64,000 nucleotides of DNA from positions 152,025 to 216,024 of the IMG/VR virus record IMGVR_UViG_3300043446_004437. One strand, given 5' to 3'. A program made the position numbers and the translations under genes. The notes beneath the pieces were generated by a model. The model did not search any database, was not told the DNA's origin, and saw only the letters and a program-made list of their open reading frames with translations. Of the stretch, positions 7,463-19,200 are shown piece by piece (position 1 is the first letter of the stretch; each line of letters begins with the position of its first letter).

Positions 7463-10111
7463 TTAGTTGCTGGAAATTACTTTAGTTAGTTTATCGTAAT
7501 AAGGATCGTAATTTTTAGTTTTTGCTTTCAAAATTACAAGATCTGCTGATCCAGAATAAATTATATCTGGTATATTTTTTCTAATTATTAATCTAAATCT
7601 AATAGTATCAGCTAAATAATCATAAAAAACAACTATTTCACCATTTACTGGTTTATTAAAGATAATATTTTTTCCATTTTGAATAAAATAATATAAAGAA
7701 TTTGCATCTTTAAACTGAGGGAACTCTTTAGAACCAGTATAATTTGTTAGATTAATAGCGATTGATCCGTCCGGCATCTGTATTTTTATTGGGACATACC
7801 CGGCTTGTGAACCCTGAAATATAGTTCCTATTAGAGGGCTGTATATAGCTTTGTCAATTTCCTTATTATTTACATAAGGTATATTTTTTAGCTGTATTCT
7901 ATTTAATCCATCCGTACCGCTAAAAATTTCATTTGAATACCCGCTAGTAGAAGAAGATTTAAGGGTTTCGTCTAATAAATCAAGCCTAAAAAAATCTACG
8001 TAATCAACATTATATAAAGAAAGATCTATTGAATACGTACAACAGTACACGGAATTTTTTTCTAAACTAAATAAAACGATTGAATTATCTTCTGATATTT
8101 TATAGTCAGATGGTTTAACAAGTGCTCCATTTTTGTACAATAAAAACGTATCTTTCTTTAAAGGGAATCTTGTTGAAGCTTGATAGGTTTGTTCGTCAAA
8201 GAAAAGAACTTCTGAGTTTATTTTTTCTATTCCCGATTCAACTATTGGTATCCAATCTTCCTCTCTTGTGGGAATATCTTTATTGCAGATTGAAAGCTCG
8301 TACGATATTGGATATTTCAAATCTATTTTTGAATCCAACACACTAAATTCATTTTCAGCTTTTATAAGTTTAGATTTTATAGCCAAAGGATAGCCATTAA
8401 AGTTTATTTTTTTACTAACAAAGCATGCCTTATCTAATTGCGTTAATTCCGACTTGCAGAAGTCGATGCTTTGTATTGAAAAATTATATTCATAAAAGTT
8501 TGGATTTTCTACACTAGACAAATTTTTTAATGTGTTGTCTTTCCAGGGAGAAGTGCTAGCCGGATCTGTTTGACCATTCATAGTATAATTATTAGAATTT
8601 TGAATAGGCAAAAACATTGGTTTTGTAAAATTAAAAATAGAATTTACATTTGCATCAGTATTAATAAATACTGATTTTTCAAATATTTCATTTTTATCAC
8701 CAATTGAATCTATAAAAATATTTTTAAACAACTCTGTGATGCCGCCAGTTTGTAGCGAATCAATTGAATTTGTATTAAAAAAATTACTAATATATTTTTT
8801 TTGATAATTTATAGAAAGAAAATTATTATTTTTTATTGGATATTTATACGAATAATAATCATTTATTTTAGAATAAGAATTTTTTGAAGTTTGTCTAAAG
8901 CTATTTTTTTTAAGGAATAGATTGTATACTAAACTTTGAAGTTTATCTGTATTATTATTTTTTATTTCTTTTATAACTTTAGCTGTATTATATATATTTT
9001 TAGAATTTATTTCATTAGCTAATGGAATATTCTCAGTCTTAAAATAATTTGGTTGGTTAAATATTAAAATAACTTTTTTAACATTTTTTCTTGGGAACAT
9101 AACTTCTGTTCTACCATTTAAAGCTTTAGGTGCGGACAAAACACCAAATTGATTCTCGCCATTTAATATAGTTATATCGTTTGCTACCTGTTCGTCATAT
9201 TCTTCTGAATAATTATTTATTGAAAATTCGTTTTCATTTATATCAGAGAATAGAACTACCTGCAATAGCTGCAACCCGTTGCCGCCAAAAGGATTAATCA
9301 CAATTGAATCCATAGACTGGGGGACGGAAAAAATTATTTCTAGTGCTGTTTGAGCTCCAAAAATATTTGCCGTAGAATACGGAATATATTTTATATAATT
9401 AGATAATTGTGATGTTAAACGAATTGGTGATTTTGCTGTTACGCTCCAAGAATCAGTATAAATATTATTGAATACAGATTGTACCCCAGTATCGCTAGTG
9501 ACATAATATAGATAGTTGCTATCAACATTGTAACTCTCAACAAAATCAAGAGAATTTTTTGTAAAAGTTTTTTGTGCTATTTTAAATATACCTAAATTTG
9601 TATCTATAAAACCATTACCTTGTTCATCAAAATTATTTTGGTCTCTATCCGTTAAGGGGAATACATAGCCATCTGATCTGTAGTCATTCATAAAATTGTC
9701 AAATTTTTCTACATAACTAGAATTAAAAAGATCATCTTTACCGGATATATATTCATAATTATCTATGTAAGATTCCAATAATCTTATATCATTTTCTATT
9801 TTTTCTATCTCAGAAGAAAAAACATCTATTATAGAATTAATAAATAGATTAACTATATTTATAGAAGAGTAATATGATTTTATTCTTAAGTCTATATCTC
9901 TAAATATATCTATAAAAACTTGCTTATTCATTTCCGCAAACGCGCCAAAGTTTGTTGGAGAAAAGTTTGCGTCTACTCTAAAAGAATTTAATCTTGAAAT
10001 AAGAGAAGATAAATCTTGTTTACTTGTTTTTATTTCTTTTATTAAAGAATGAATATTTGATTGCGAATTATTAGATAAAGTATTTATTAAAGATGGTAAA
10101 AATTTATTCAT
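7463..10111 (-). CDS. baseplate/tail structural protein (882 aa)
   Basis: ORF track; overlaps upstream stop; paralogous motifs (INPF, FVSKK, ISYELS, WIPI). Confidence 0.6.
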   Translation of the reverse strand: MNKFLPSLINTLSNNSQSNIHSLIKEIKTSKQDLSSLISRLNSFRVDANFSPTNFGAFAEMNKQVFIDIFRDIDLRIKSYYSSINIVNLFINSIIDVFSSEIEKIENDIRLLESYIDNYEYISGKDDLFNSSYVEKFDNFMNDYRSDGYVFPLTDRDQNNFDEQGNGFIDTNLGIFKIAQKTFTKNSLDFVESYNVDSNYLYYVTSDTGVQSVFNNIYTDSWSVTAKSPIRLTSQLSNYIKYIPYSTANIFGAQTALEIIFSVPQSMDSIVINPFGGNGLQLLQVVLFSDINENEFSINNYSEEYDEQVANDITILNGENQFGVLSAPKALNGRTEVMFPRKNVKKVILIFNQPNYFKTENIPLANEINSKNIYNTAKVIKEIKNNNTDKLQSLVYNLFLKKNSFRQTSKNSYSKINDYYSYKYPIKNNNFLSINYQKKYISNFFNTNSIDSLQTGGITELFKNIFIDSIGDKNEIFEKSVFINTDANVNSIFNFTKPMFLPIQNSNNYTMNGQTDPASTSPWKDNTLKNLSSVENPNFYEYNFSIQSIDFCKSELTQLDKACFVSKKINFNGYPLAIKSKLIKAENEFSVLDSKIDLKYPISYELSICNKDIPTREEDWIPIVESGIEKINSEVLFFDEQTYQASTRFPLKKDTFLLYKNGALVKPSDYKISEDNSIVLFSLEKNSVYCCTYSIDLSLYNVDYVDFFRLDLLDETLKSSSTSGYSNEIFSGTDGLNRIQLKNIPYVNNKEIDKAIYSPLIGTIFQGSQAGYVPIKIQMPDGSIAINLTNYTGSKEFPQFKDANSLYYFIQNGKNIIFNKPVNGEIVVFYDYLADTIRFRLIIRKNIPDIIYSGSADLVILKAKTKNYDPYYDKLTKVISSN

Positions 10112-13100
10112 AATTCTTTATGCTCCAGGGTGCCCCGTCTAAATTTTGTATTTCAAAACCAACGCCAGCTGTAATGTTTCTATTAACTATATCATATATT
10201 TCTTCTAAAGATTTAAAGTTGTTTTTAACTGCGTCTGGCATTCTTATTATTGCATATCCGCCCTTAGGATAAACTCTTGGTTGCATTGAATGCATATCCC
10301 AATAGGAGTTAATTCCTTTGATTTGTTTTAACTCGCTGTAAGATGTTATATCAGCCGCAACGCCCCCGCCTTTTATCCTTATATCGTATAGATTTGTACT
10401 TGAACCATCATTAGAATCTGTTATGTAGACAGCTCCTATGAGAAGGGCAACTGGATTATATTTATTAGATGATTTATTAAAAATATTTTTATCATAAGTA
10501 AAATGAACTGGGTATGAGTTTGCATACTCTGTTATTGGAGTCCTACTATTTATTAAAGACTTACTTGTAGGACCTTCAAAGACTACTGGATCTGGAAAGA
10601 CATTGTATTTTTCTATTTTTGTTGGCATGAGGTAAATGTACAATGGTTTATTTTCATCTATTTGATCTTTATTCAAGAAAGGATTTAAAGGGATTTCTTT
10701 TCCTTCTACTTGATACACCCAAATCGTATTATCTTTAATTGTATAATCAACTTTTATCAGGTTTGAAGAAACAACTATATTTGTTTTAAATTCAATAACA
10801 CCATTCTCTGCATCAAAATCTTTAATGTCGCCAAACGGGACTTCCAACCAAGTAGATTCTTCGTCAGCTCTTACATAAACTGTAAATGCTGGCAGCATAG
10901 CTGGCACGTCTGACTCAACGCCATCTTCTATCGGCATTGTATACATTAAAACTGGTGTTCTGCGTAACTGTATTTTTCTTGTAGAAATTATTAATGGCAC
11001 TTCGTTTTTAATGTCTTTATTTTTATGGCCAAATATTCTTGAAAAATTGTTTGCCAAAATAGAACCAGAAGTATCATATGTGCAGTTTAAAACTTGCCCC
11101 ATATATTTTGATTTCCAATCAAAAAAAGCGTAGTTTAAAGGTATCAATATGTTTTTATTAAAAGATCCTGCCGTTAGTCTTAACGGCCATGGTTCTTTTT
11201 TGCTTATATAATTTGATATTTCAGTAATTTTTATTGCGTTAGAACTTTTATATTTTACGGAATATACTGGTGCAATCATTTTTGGACTTAACGATATAGG
11301 CGTATATGTGTTGGTGCTTTGTGCGCCTATGTAATCAATAGCTTTATCCAAATTGCCATCAGCGTCAAAAGCCATAGCCCCTATGTATATATTGTTTACG
11401 CCTCTTGTTATTATTTCATTGAAAGAAATAAGTTTACCCAAAAATTCTTTTTTTACCCTGTCGTAAAAACCGTATACAAAACCTTCGTTTTCATATGTTG
11501 TATTGTTAATTGACACATACCCATATTTTATATTTTCTGCTCCAATAGAAGATTGCCCCGCTGTAACGATGTTGTCGGTTATTTGTTTTGGAGAAGGAAT
11601 ACCAACTGGTTTTCCGAAACTATCGCACAACAAAATCAAACCATCATTAACGGTAACTGAACTAATTTTTTGTATAACATCACCATCTGTATTGATTACA
11701 GAATACGAATCCAATATTGATTCTGCGGAAATATATGTCTTTGGATTGGAGTAATATGTTTGAGAAGTTTTTATTTTAAAACCAGTGCATGTTTGTTTTT
11801 GTGGATCTAAGTTGTTGGGCAGATTTCCGTAATAAGAAATGCTACAAATAGAATTTGGATTTGCCGCCTGTTCGTTAACTTTTGATTTAAGAGAAAGTAT
11901 TTCTACAGAATTTTCATTATCTATAGAAACGGAAACCGGATTTGCAAAATTTATTTGCAGACCGTTATTTTGTATACTGTCTATCGCGCTAGGGTCTGTT
12001 TCTATTTGTTCGTTTAACAAATTGTTTAAAGCTGAATCGGATATAGGTGTTGGTGTTGTCAGTGTTTTTGAATACGCTTTTCCTAAATAATTATATGAAA
12101 AATTATTTAATAAAACATTTTTACCACTTAAATAGCCGACATTATAATCAACAGAATATTCAGAAAGAGAAGACAAGTTTTCAAACTGTTCTGTTAGATA
12201 AGCAATAGCATTTACGTAAACATCTGTTGTTTGCACTAAATCTTTATAAATTATTTTTCTTTCTATTTCATCTAAAGAAAGATTAATTGGATTTATTTCT
12301 TGCAGCTCGTCTGGAGTAGGGTTAAAGAAGGATACTATATCTTCTGTCCACTTATTATTAGTTCCATCCCAAACATAAAATTTATTTGTTAAAGTTGTAT
12401 ATATAAGATGACCATTAAGAGAACTAATTAAATTATTACCAGACCAAGATAGATTTGGATCTGGATTGCCATCTAAATCCAAAAGCCAATAATTAGCCAA
12501 TTCTTCTACGGCGGGTTTTTCTATGCTCGGAAATGCTTGATGAACTTTATTATAATCAAAAGGTTGATCTGTTATTGTATCTTTAGGCGGTTCTGAAGTA
12601 TCTTTTGTTTTTAAGTCTGCAGTTATTCCAACTATACCAAACCCTTCGGCTAAATTGCCCCAGCGGCCACCAAGCTGTTTCCCGTCAGTTTGTAGCCTAA
12701 CAAAAATATTTCTGCATGCTGTGGTTGAAACGCCGGCTAAATCTATTTCTATGTTGTTATCAATTAAAGTCACACCATTAGTAGCTTTATGAACTGAATA
12801 GGCTTTATAGATATCTTTTGCCGCAAATCTTTTTTGCCCACCTTCAATCGGATCTTCTGCCGAATAGCCATATCCAACTAATTTAACTTTGTTCCAAGGT
12901 GCATCTTCTAATTTTATTTTTATTTTATTTACTTTTTGATAATTTTCTGGATCTGGTATAGAAAAGAAAATAAAATCTTCTATTGTTGAAGGAGAATTAG
13001 ACACATTGCCAGTAAAAGAAATTCTTCTATAAGAAGAACCAGAATTAATTTGAGAAGGTTCTATCTGCTTAAAAACAGCTTCTACAAATCTCGTAACATC

Positions 13101-16100
13101 ATGCTCTTCGGTTAAGCGTAATAAATTATTGTAGTATATTGGCTCATATTTACTCCAAAATTTTATTACATAAGCCATTAAAGACTTTGTTTCGCTATCA
13201 ACAACTCCATCTGGAGGATACAATAAAGGGACTCTTGGTATTAAGCCAACAGTCATTTGTCCCAATTTCATTTTTGTTTGAAATTCTTTTACCGCTGCTG
13301 ATAATGTTGCGGTATATGTGGTATTGTTTTCTGGTTGTTCTTTGACTTTAGTTTTTGCATTGATAGAAGTCTTATTTATATTATATAAACCTGCGGCTTG
13401 CATAACACACTTTATGTATTTAACATAAGGATGCTTTGCCCCCACTCTCCAAGTTTCTATTGGGTAACCAGCAGCTGCAGCTTCAACATCCCATGTATAT
13501 TCAAAATTTTTAAAATTTAATGCGCTAAGATCAGTTATAACCGGCAATCTACCAGATAGCTCATTTTGTCTACCAGATATTATATTTACACAAGGAACAT
13601 CAGTGACATTATACCCCTCTATGATTATTGGGTCTGCGTCAGGGGCTGGATGTTGTATTATTCTATTTGTTCCAGCATAGTTTCTTGTCACAGTTCCAAT
13701 CACTTTAACAGAGCGCAGTGCACCTTTTGCTTTGTAAAGTAAATTAAGTTTAGTTTTTACTGAACCAGCGAATGCATAACCTTGTTCTGTTGTTGATATT
13801 GTTGAATATTTTGTTGCAAATCTAAATGGATATGATTTAAAATAGGACGAAGGGCTTATCGAATTGTTTAAGGTTTTGTTGCCTCCGATCTTTATCTCTC
13901 CCATTTCTCTAACTTCATATGGGCCATAACCGCTTGGTATATAAAGTTTGTTAGATTTCTTTTCGGTAAAAGCAAATATTTTTTCGTCCTTGCTCAGTAT
14001 TTTATACATAAAATAAGAACTTGGAAAATTTTCTAAACTAGCTATTTGTATTTTTGAATCAGAAAGATTAGAAGAAGAAAAAGAGGGTGAAGATATAACT
14101 ACATCTGGATTTGTTATCTCTAAATAAAAATCTGTATTGTTTTCAACAATGCCTGGACTAGAAATTTGCCCGGCTAAAGAACTTGGAATAGATTCCGAAA
14201 CTTTTTTCAAATAATATTTTTTGATTGAATCTTGATCAGAAATCAAATCTCTTGCATACTGTATGACCCCAGAATTACTAGATATATTTGTAAAATATTT
14301 AGCCTTCTCATCATCCATTAATGCGTCTTGGTCCATAACCCAAGACGATTCCCATGGCCCAACAAAATTATACAAAGATGGTCTTAAGTCTGTTTTTCTT
14401 GTTGCTTGATTTCTTGAATACAAACTATATACTAAAGAATTATAAAGTAGCTTAAATGGCCCCTCAACAAAACTTGGCATGAGTGAGTAGTCGGCTTGTT
14501 CATATACTGATTGATCTAAATTTTCATTTAGAACATTTGGTTTTTCGCCTGAATGAAAAACTCTATTGCAATATTCTAAAAACGGAAAAGAACAACACAC
14601 TATACTTCCTTGCGATAATTTATCTCCAATAGACAAAAATTTGAATACCGCTCCAGCTGGACGTTTAGTAGAAGAATTTATCCCTACATTAAAAAATACT
14701 TTACTACTATCTACTGATGTTATGCTTCTATAATTATTTGCTTTATAACCAAATATGCCGTAGTTTTCATTGTTAAAAATTGTTTGATCAATATTCCAAC
14801 CACCAGTTGTATTTTCATCTAGGATTGTAGACTCAACATACTCATAGAAAGTATCGGTAGTTTGCGCTTGAAAATTAGAAATTTTTATTCCATCAAAAAC
14901 AAGTGGTTTATCCCCAGGATAGGCCGAAGCGTCGACTAATAATGTGCCATTCTGAACGGTTACATATTCTTTTAGTAAATTTGTTGCTTTTTCAGAAAGC
15001 GCGCTGGTTGGGCTAAAAGATAAAATGTCAAAATTTTCTAAACTTTCAATTGACTGAATGTCTACTAACCAATATCTTTTTTCTTGCTTTGAGGGCTTAC
15101 CTATACCAGTTGCTTGAATCCAAATTTTATTTTCTATTTCTGGGTTTTGGAAAACATAATTAGACATATTAAAACCAGATTTTTCTAATCTATAAAAAAC
15201 ATATGGCTGTATATTGCCTAGTGAGTCAGCATCAGATGAGTCATATAAAACTCCGACGTTTACAGTCCTTTGTTTTATTTGCCCGGATTCTTCTGCGTCT
15301 TTTGAATTATCTAAAATGTTATAATTAATTGGTTGGTTGACTCTTGCAACTAATCTCCAGTTAAAAACTTCATAGTTTCTATTATCAAACAATGCTTTTC
15401 TTGGAACAAAAACTTGGTAGCTGTTGTAGTTTAGGTTATGAGAAAATATTTCAGAATATTTTTTATTAAACTTTTTAATAGAATATATTTTTTTACTATG
15501 CTTAGACATAACAGCTGCTTCTTCAGCGACTTCTGTATAGTATGGAACAGCATTTACTGTTTCGACATAGCGCAGGGTTTGAGAAACCACTTCTCCGTCT
15601 TCATCTAAGACAATTTTATCATAAATTAACTTAAGATTAATTGGCTCGAAAGAATCAAACCCTACGACAATTCTGTAAGGTATTTCAGTATTTGTTGAGT
15701 TTGATTTTGTTATATATGGATCTAATAAAATTTTATATTTACGTCTAGATGTATTTTTATCTAAATATTCTTTATTTTGATCATCAATAACTTTTATATT
15801 TAAATTTTTGTAATAAGAAATATCATGATAATCTTCCAAATCATTTATTGCATAGCCAGAAGGAGCCATTAAAAAATATCTACTTACATAATAATAGTGT
15901 AAAAAATCATTTTCATTTATTGAATTAGAATATATTCTTTCCGTTGTAAAATCTTTAGACAAAAAGGCGTCACTTATTGTAATGTCAGAGCTAAGAAAAT
16001 TAGTATCGCCGTTCTGATCCTGCAGAATGCCTAGCTCGTTTGCAAAAAATAATTTTGTTTCATTTTGAGTGCCAATTTTATTTTCAGCTATAGAATCAGA

Positions 16101-16244
16101 CAAATCTAAAATTTTTAAATTATCTGCTGGAGTTAAAGGTTTGTTAAAAAAATATGATAACCCAACACCTTTAGCGGGGACAAGATTGCCAATTTTGACA
16201 GCTTCTTCATTCCCTATGGTTGTTTTATTGTTAAATTTTTTCAT
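10104..16244 (-). CDS. large tail/baseplate protein with internal peptidoglycan-binding-like domain (2046 aa)
   Basis: ORF track; TAATG overlap with upstream gene; PG_binding_1-like segment (WRVGAKHPYVKYIK..AAVKEFQ..DGVVDSET) at about 13170-13465. Confidence 0.6.
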   Translation of the reverse strand: MKKFNNKTTIGNEEAVKIGNLVPAKGVGLSYFFNKPLTPADNLKILDLSDSIAENKIGTQNETKLFFANELGILQDQNGDTNFLSSDITISDAFLSKDFTTERIYSNSINENDFLHYYYVSRYFLMAPSGYAINDLEDYHDISYYKNLNIKVIDDQNKEYLDKNTSRRKYKILLDPYITKSNSTNTEIPYRIVVGFDSFEPINLKLIYDKIVLDEDGEVVSQTLRYVETVNAVPYYTEVAEEAAVMSKHSKKIYSIKKFNKKYSEIFSHNLNYNSYQVFVPRKALFDNRNYEVFNWRLVARVNQPINYNILDNSKDAEESGQIKQRTVNVGVLYDSSDADSLGNIQPYVFYRLEKSGFNMSNYVFQNPEIENKIWIQATGIGKPSKQEKRYWLVDIQSIESLENFDILSFSPTSALSEKATNLLKEYVTVQNGTLLVDASAYPGDKPLVFDGIKISNFQAQTTDTFYEYVESTILDENTTGGWNIDQTIFNNENYGIFGYKANNYRSITSVDSSKVFFNVGINSSTKRPAGAVFKFLSIGDKLSQGSIVCCSFPFLEYCNRVFHSGEKPNVLNENLDQSVYEQADYSLMPSFVEGPFKLLYNSLVYSLYSRNQATRKTDLRPSLYNFVGPWESSWVMDQDALMDDEKAKYFTNISSNSGVIQYARDLISDQDSIKKYYLKKVSESIPSSLAGQISSPGIVENNTDFYLEITNPDVVISSPSFSSSNLSDSKIQIASLENFPSSYFMYKILSKDEKIFAFTEKKSNKLYIPSGYGPYEVREMGEIKIGGNKTLNNSISPSSYFKSYPFRFATKYSTISTTEQGYAFAGSVKTKLNLLYKAKGALRSVKVIGTVTRNYAGTNRIIQHPAPDADPIIIEGYNVTDVPCVNIISGRQNELSGRLPVITDLSALNFKNFEYTWDVEAAAAGYPIETWRVGAKHPYVKYIKCVMQAAGLYNINKTSINAKTKVKEQPENNTTYTATLSAAVKEFQTKMKLGQMTVGLIPRVPLLYPPDGVVDSETKSLMAYVIKFWSKYEPIYYNNLLRLTEEHDVTRFVEAVFKQIEPSQINSGSSYRRISFTGNVSNSPSTIEDFIFFSIPDPENYQKVNKIKIKLEDAPWNKVKLVGYGYSAEDPIEGGQKRFAAKDIYKAYSVHKATNGVTLIDNNIEIDLAGVSTTACRNIFVRLQTDGKQLGGRWGNLAEGFGIVGITADLKTKDTSEPPKDTITDQPFDYNKVHQAFPSIEKPAVEELANYWLLDLDGNPDPNLSWSGNNLISSLNGHLIYTTLTNKFYVWDGTNNKWTEDIVSFFNPTPDELQEINPINLSLDEIERKIIYKDLVQTTDVYVNAIAYLTEQFENLSSLSEYSVDYNVGYLSGKNVLLNNFSYNYLGKAYSKTLTTPTPISDSALNNLLNEQIETDPSAIDSIQNNGLQINFANPVSVSIDNENSVEILSLKSKVNEQAANPNSICSISYYGNLPNNLDPQKQTCTGFKIKTSQTYYSNPKTYISAESILDSYSVINTDGDVIQKISSVTVNDGLILLCDSFGKPVGIPSPKQITDNIVTAGQSSIGAENIKYGYVSINNTTYENEGFVYGFYDRVKKEFLGKLISFNEIITRGVNNIYIGAMAFDADGNLDKAIDYIGAQSTNTYTPISLSPKMIAPVYSVKYKSSNAIKITEISNYISKKEPWPLRLTAGSFNKNILIPLNYAFFDWKSKYMGQVLNCTYDTSGSILANNFSRIFGHKNKDIKNEVPLIISTRKIQLRRTPVLMYTMPIEDGVESDVPAMLPAFTVYVRADEESTWLEVPFGDIKDFDAENGVIEFKTNIVVSSNLIKVDYTIKDNTIWVYQVEGKEIPLNPFLNKDQIDENKPLYIYLMPTKIEKYNVFPDPVVFEGPTSKSLINSRTPITEYANSYPVHFTYDKNIFNKSSNKYNPVALLIGAVYITDSNDGSSTNLYDIRIKGGGVAADITSYSELKQIKGINSYWDMHSMQPRVYPKGGYAIIRMPDAVKNNFKSLEEIYDIVNRNITAGVGFEIQNLDGAPWSIKNYE

Positions 16245-19200
16245 TAACTTTCCTCATAGCCTACTATATAATTTGGCGTAGCTATAACATTTGGTGTTGA
16301 GCCAAATAAACCCATTTGATATTGCTCATAGTAATTAATTGGCAACCATCTTGGTGGCACCCAATTTAGTTTAGATTTTGGAGTAGCGCCAAAATCTTGT
16401 TTAATTAAATTAAATTTAAAATTAGGTGTAGCTATTATATCTTTATCATCTACCGTATTTATATAGTACGAAGGCAGAACTGTTTGTTCATCTAAATATT
16501 GAACATTATTAAATCTTTCATACCAATAAACAACATCTCCATGTAAAGGGTTTGGTTGCAATGAAGGCGTTGAAGCTAACTCTGTTTCCACAGCAACAAA
16601 CCAGTAACCAGGATTATTTCTTGGCTGAGAATAAAATGGGCCTATAGAAAACTTTCCATTTGAATCTGCGTGCGTATAGCCTGAAATAAAGTTTCTTCCG
16701 GGCATCGCTGAGTAAGAACTATATTCTATAGTATTTAATACGTCATATAGGGTTCTAGCTTTTCTCCAATAAATTATTGGCGTAGAAGAAGGGGGGTTAT
16801 TATTTTCTAATACAGAACCATAAATATAATTTTCACTAATTCCATCAGATTCTATTATTAATTTTGATCCAGATGCTTTTAGACGATAACTTGGATTATA
16901 ATTATCAATAAATTCTATATTTGAACCAGTTATAAATCCACCAGATTCACTATTTTCATGTGCGTATTCTGACGGGTAAGAAACGCCACTAACCAAAACA
17001 GAGGCATACAGACTGCTGGTAGGAACTCCAGTAAATCTTATCTTAGTTTTAGCAATACCATATTTATTTGTTGTTAGATATTCATCTTCAATTTCTAATA
17101 AATCACTTGATATGGCAAATGTTTGATATGGTTTAAAATTACCCGCTAGATCATATGATGTTATAGTCAAATATATTATGTCATCTATGTTCTTAGATAT
17201 TTGTTGCGGAGATATCTCTACAACCGCTGTGCTAAATTCATATTCGTCTTTACTCAAATAAATATAACCATCATCAATCGGCAAATCTTGTCTATTAAGA
17301 TTAATTCCAGTTGGCGTTGAAGTTTCTTGTAATGCAGACTCATATGTTATTTCATAAACAGGTGTAGCAGAACTTGGGGTTGCAGAAAAATATATCTTTG
17401 AAATATATTGATCTTTTGTTTCTGAATAAACATTTCTATCAACATAGAAAGCTCTTTCAAGAGAATAGCTGACTGTGTACTGTCTACCTGGAACCAAAAT
17501 GTTTTCGGCGGTAGCTAAATTATTATATACTTCTATTTTACTTACCTGATAAGAATAAGACACATCATCACTTATCATTAAATCCGAAGTTGAAATATAA
17601 AATTCTCCACTAAGAAATGCTTCTATGATGCCAGGAGTAGATGCATCGCCGCCCATTGTCCATACATAAAACTCTGGATTTAATGGAGATTTAGTTAAAA
17701 TATTTCCAGTATAGTTATCTTTAATAACAATATCTTTTATGTTTAAATGAGAAACATACAGTGCGCCGTGTTCTGAACAAGTAACTGTTTCCTCGTTATT
17801 AAATACAACTTTACCTGGAGTAGCTGAATCAGGAAACGCCATTTCTTCAAGATCAAAATTTACATCCCCATCTTTAATGGAGATAAGAACTGGGGCTCCT
17901 TGTGTTGGCGTTTGAGATAATTCAACTTCAAAATATTTACCAGTATAAATATCAACTATTGGCTTTGCGTAGACATAATTTTGTTCTTCTTCTAAATTCA
18001 ACCAACCAGTATTCATGGTTATTGGATTTGAGTTAATAGAATTTGTAAATGAATTTTTGTATCCCTTATCCAATGATGCATTTATTTCAATTGGAGAAAA
18101 ATAGAATAATTGGTTAGAAGAATCATAAAGTTCTTTTATAATTTTAGATGAATCTTGATTAAGCTTAAATAATGGACTATCTTCTCTGATTACTGTTTCT
18201 TGAGAAGCTTCTAAAAATACTTTATTGTTTAATGAAATTGGTTTTATTTCTGTAATAAAATATTGATTATTAGAATTTTTTGTTAAACCAAAATCTTCAC
18301 GAGTTAAGTAATAAGAATTTAAAAACTTATCTCTATAATTTTGATCAAAAGGACTGCGATTTCCTTCCGCTGATTCATCACTTCTATAAATATTACCTAA
18401 ATAATCCAAGTAACCTTTGATCATTGGCGTTGTTCTTAGTTCGCCTTCTTCGGTTGGGATCCAAACGGGACTCTTGAAAGGATAGTTTGGAGTTGACTGA
18501 ACGTTGTTGGTTACAGCTAAAACATGCGGCAGTGTGTTATAGTTAAAAGTGGCTGACTCAAAATAGTTAGAATAAATTGGTGTTGTAAGATCGTTTACTG
18601 AATAAGAGTTTATAATAATATTTGGAGAAGAAGGAACAAAATACTGAGTATCTAACAATGGAAAATAAGATTTACCACCGTAATTCTGAGAAAAATCTAA
18701 AGCAGTTAACGGTTGACCTGGTTCTCTATATATTTCATCAATCGTAAAAATTGGTTTAGAATCAATTTTTTTATTTTCTATTATTAAATTAACTGGCGTT
18801 GCATTAGGTGGTATAAATAAATTTTTTGTTAAATCAGAAACATAAACAATTTCATCTGCTGTTATATCTGGATCATTATCTTTGTTTACAATTACAAAAT
18901 CTTCTATAACATTAGAGAATTTTATTACTGGAGTTGAACCATATAAATTTGAGCCTATTTTAAAGTTTGAATTTATATAATTAATGTTTGGTGTACTTAT
19001 TTGGATGTTTGCTACAGAAATTGAATTAGAATGAGAACTGGATGTGGTTGACTCATTAAAGGTAACTCTATAATGAGGTGTTGAATTGTATATATAGGTC
19101 TGAGCGTCTTGGTCCCATTTGGCTGAATTAACTATTTTTATAGAACTAGCTTTTGATATATCTATATTAGAGCTTGTTGGTGTTAATTTTGTATTTTCAT

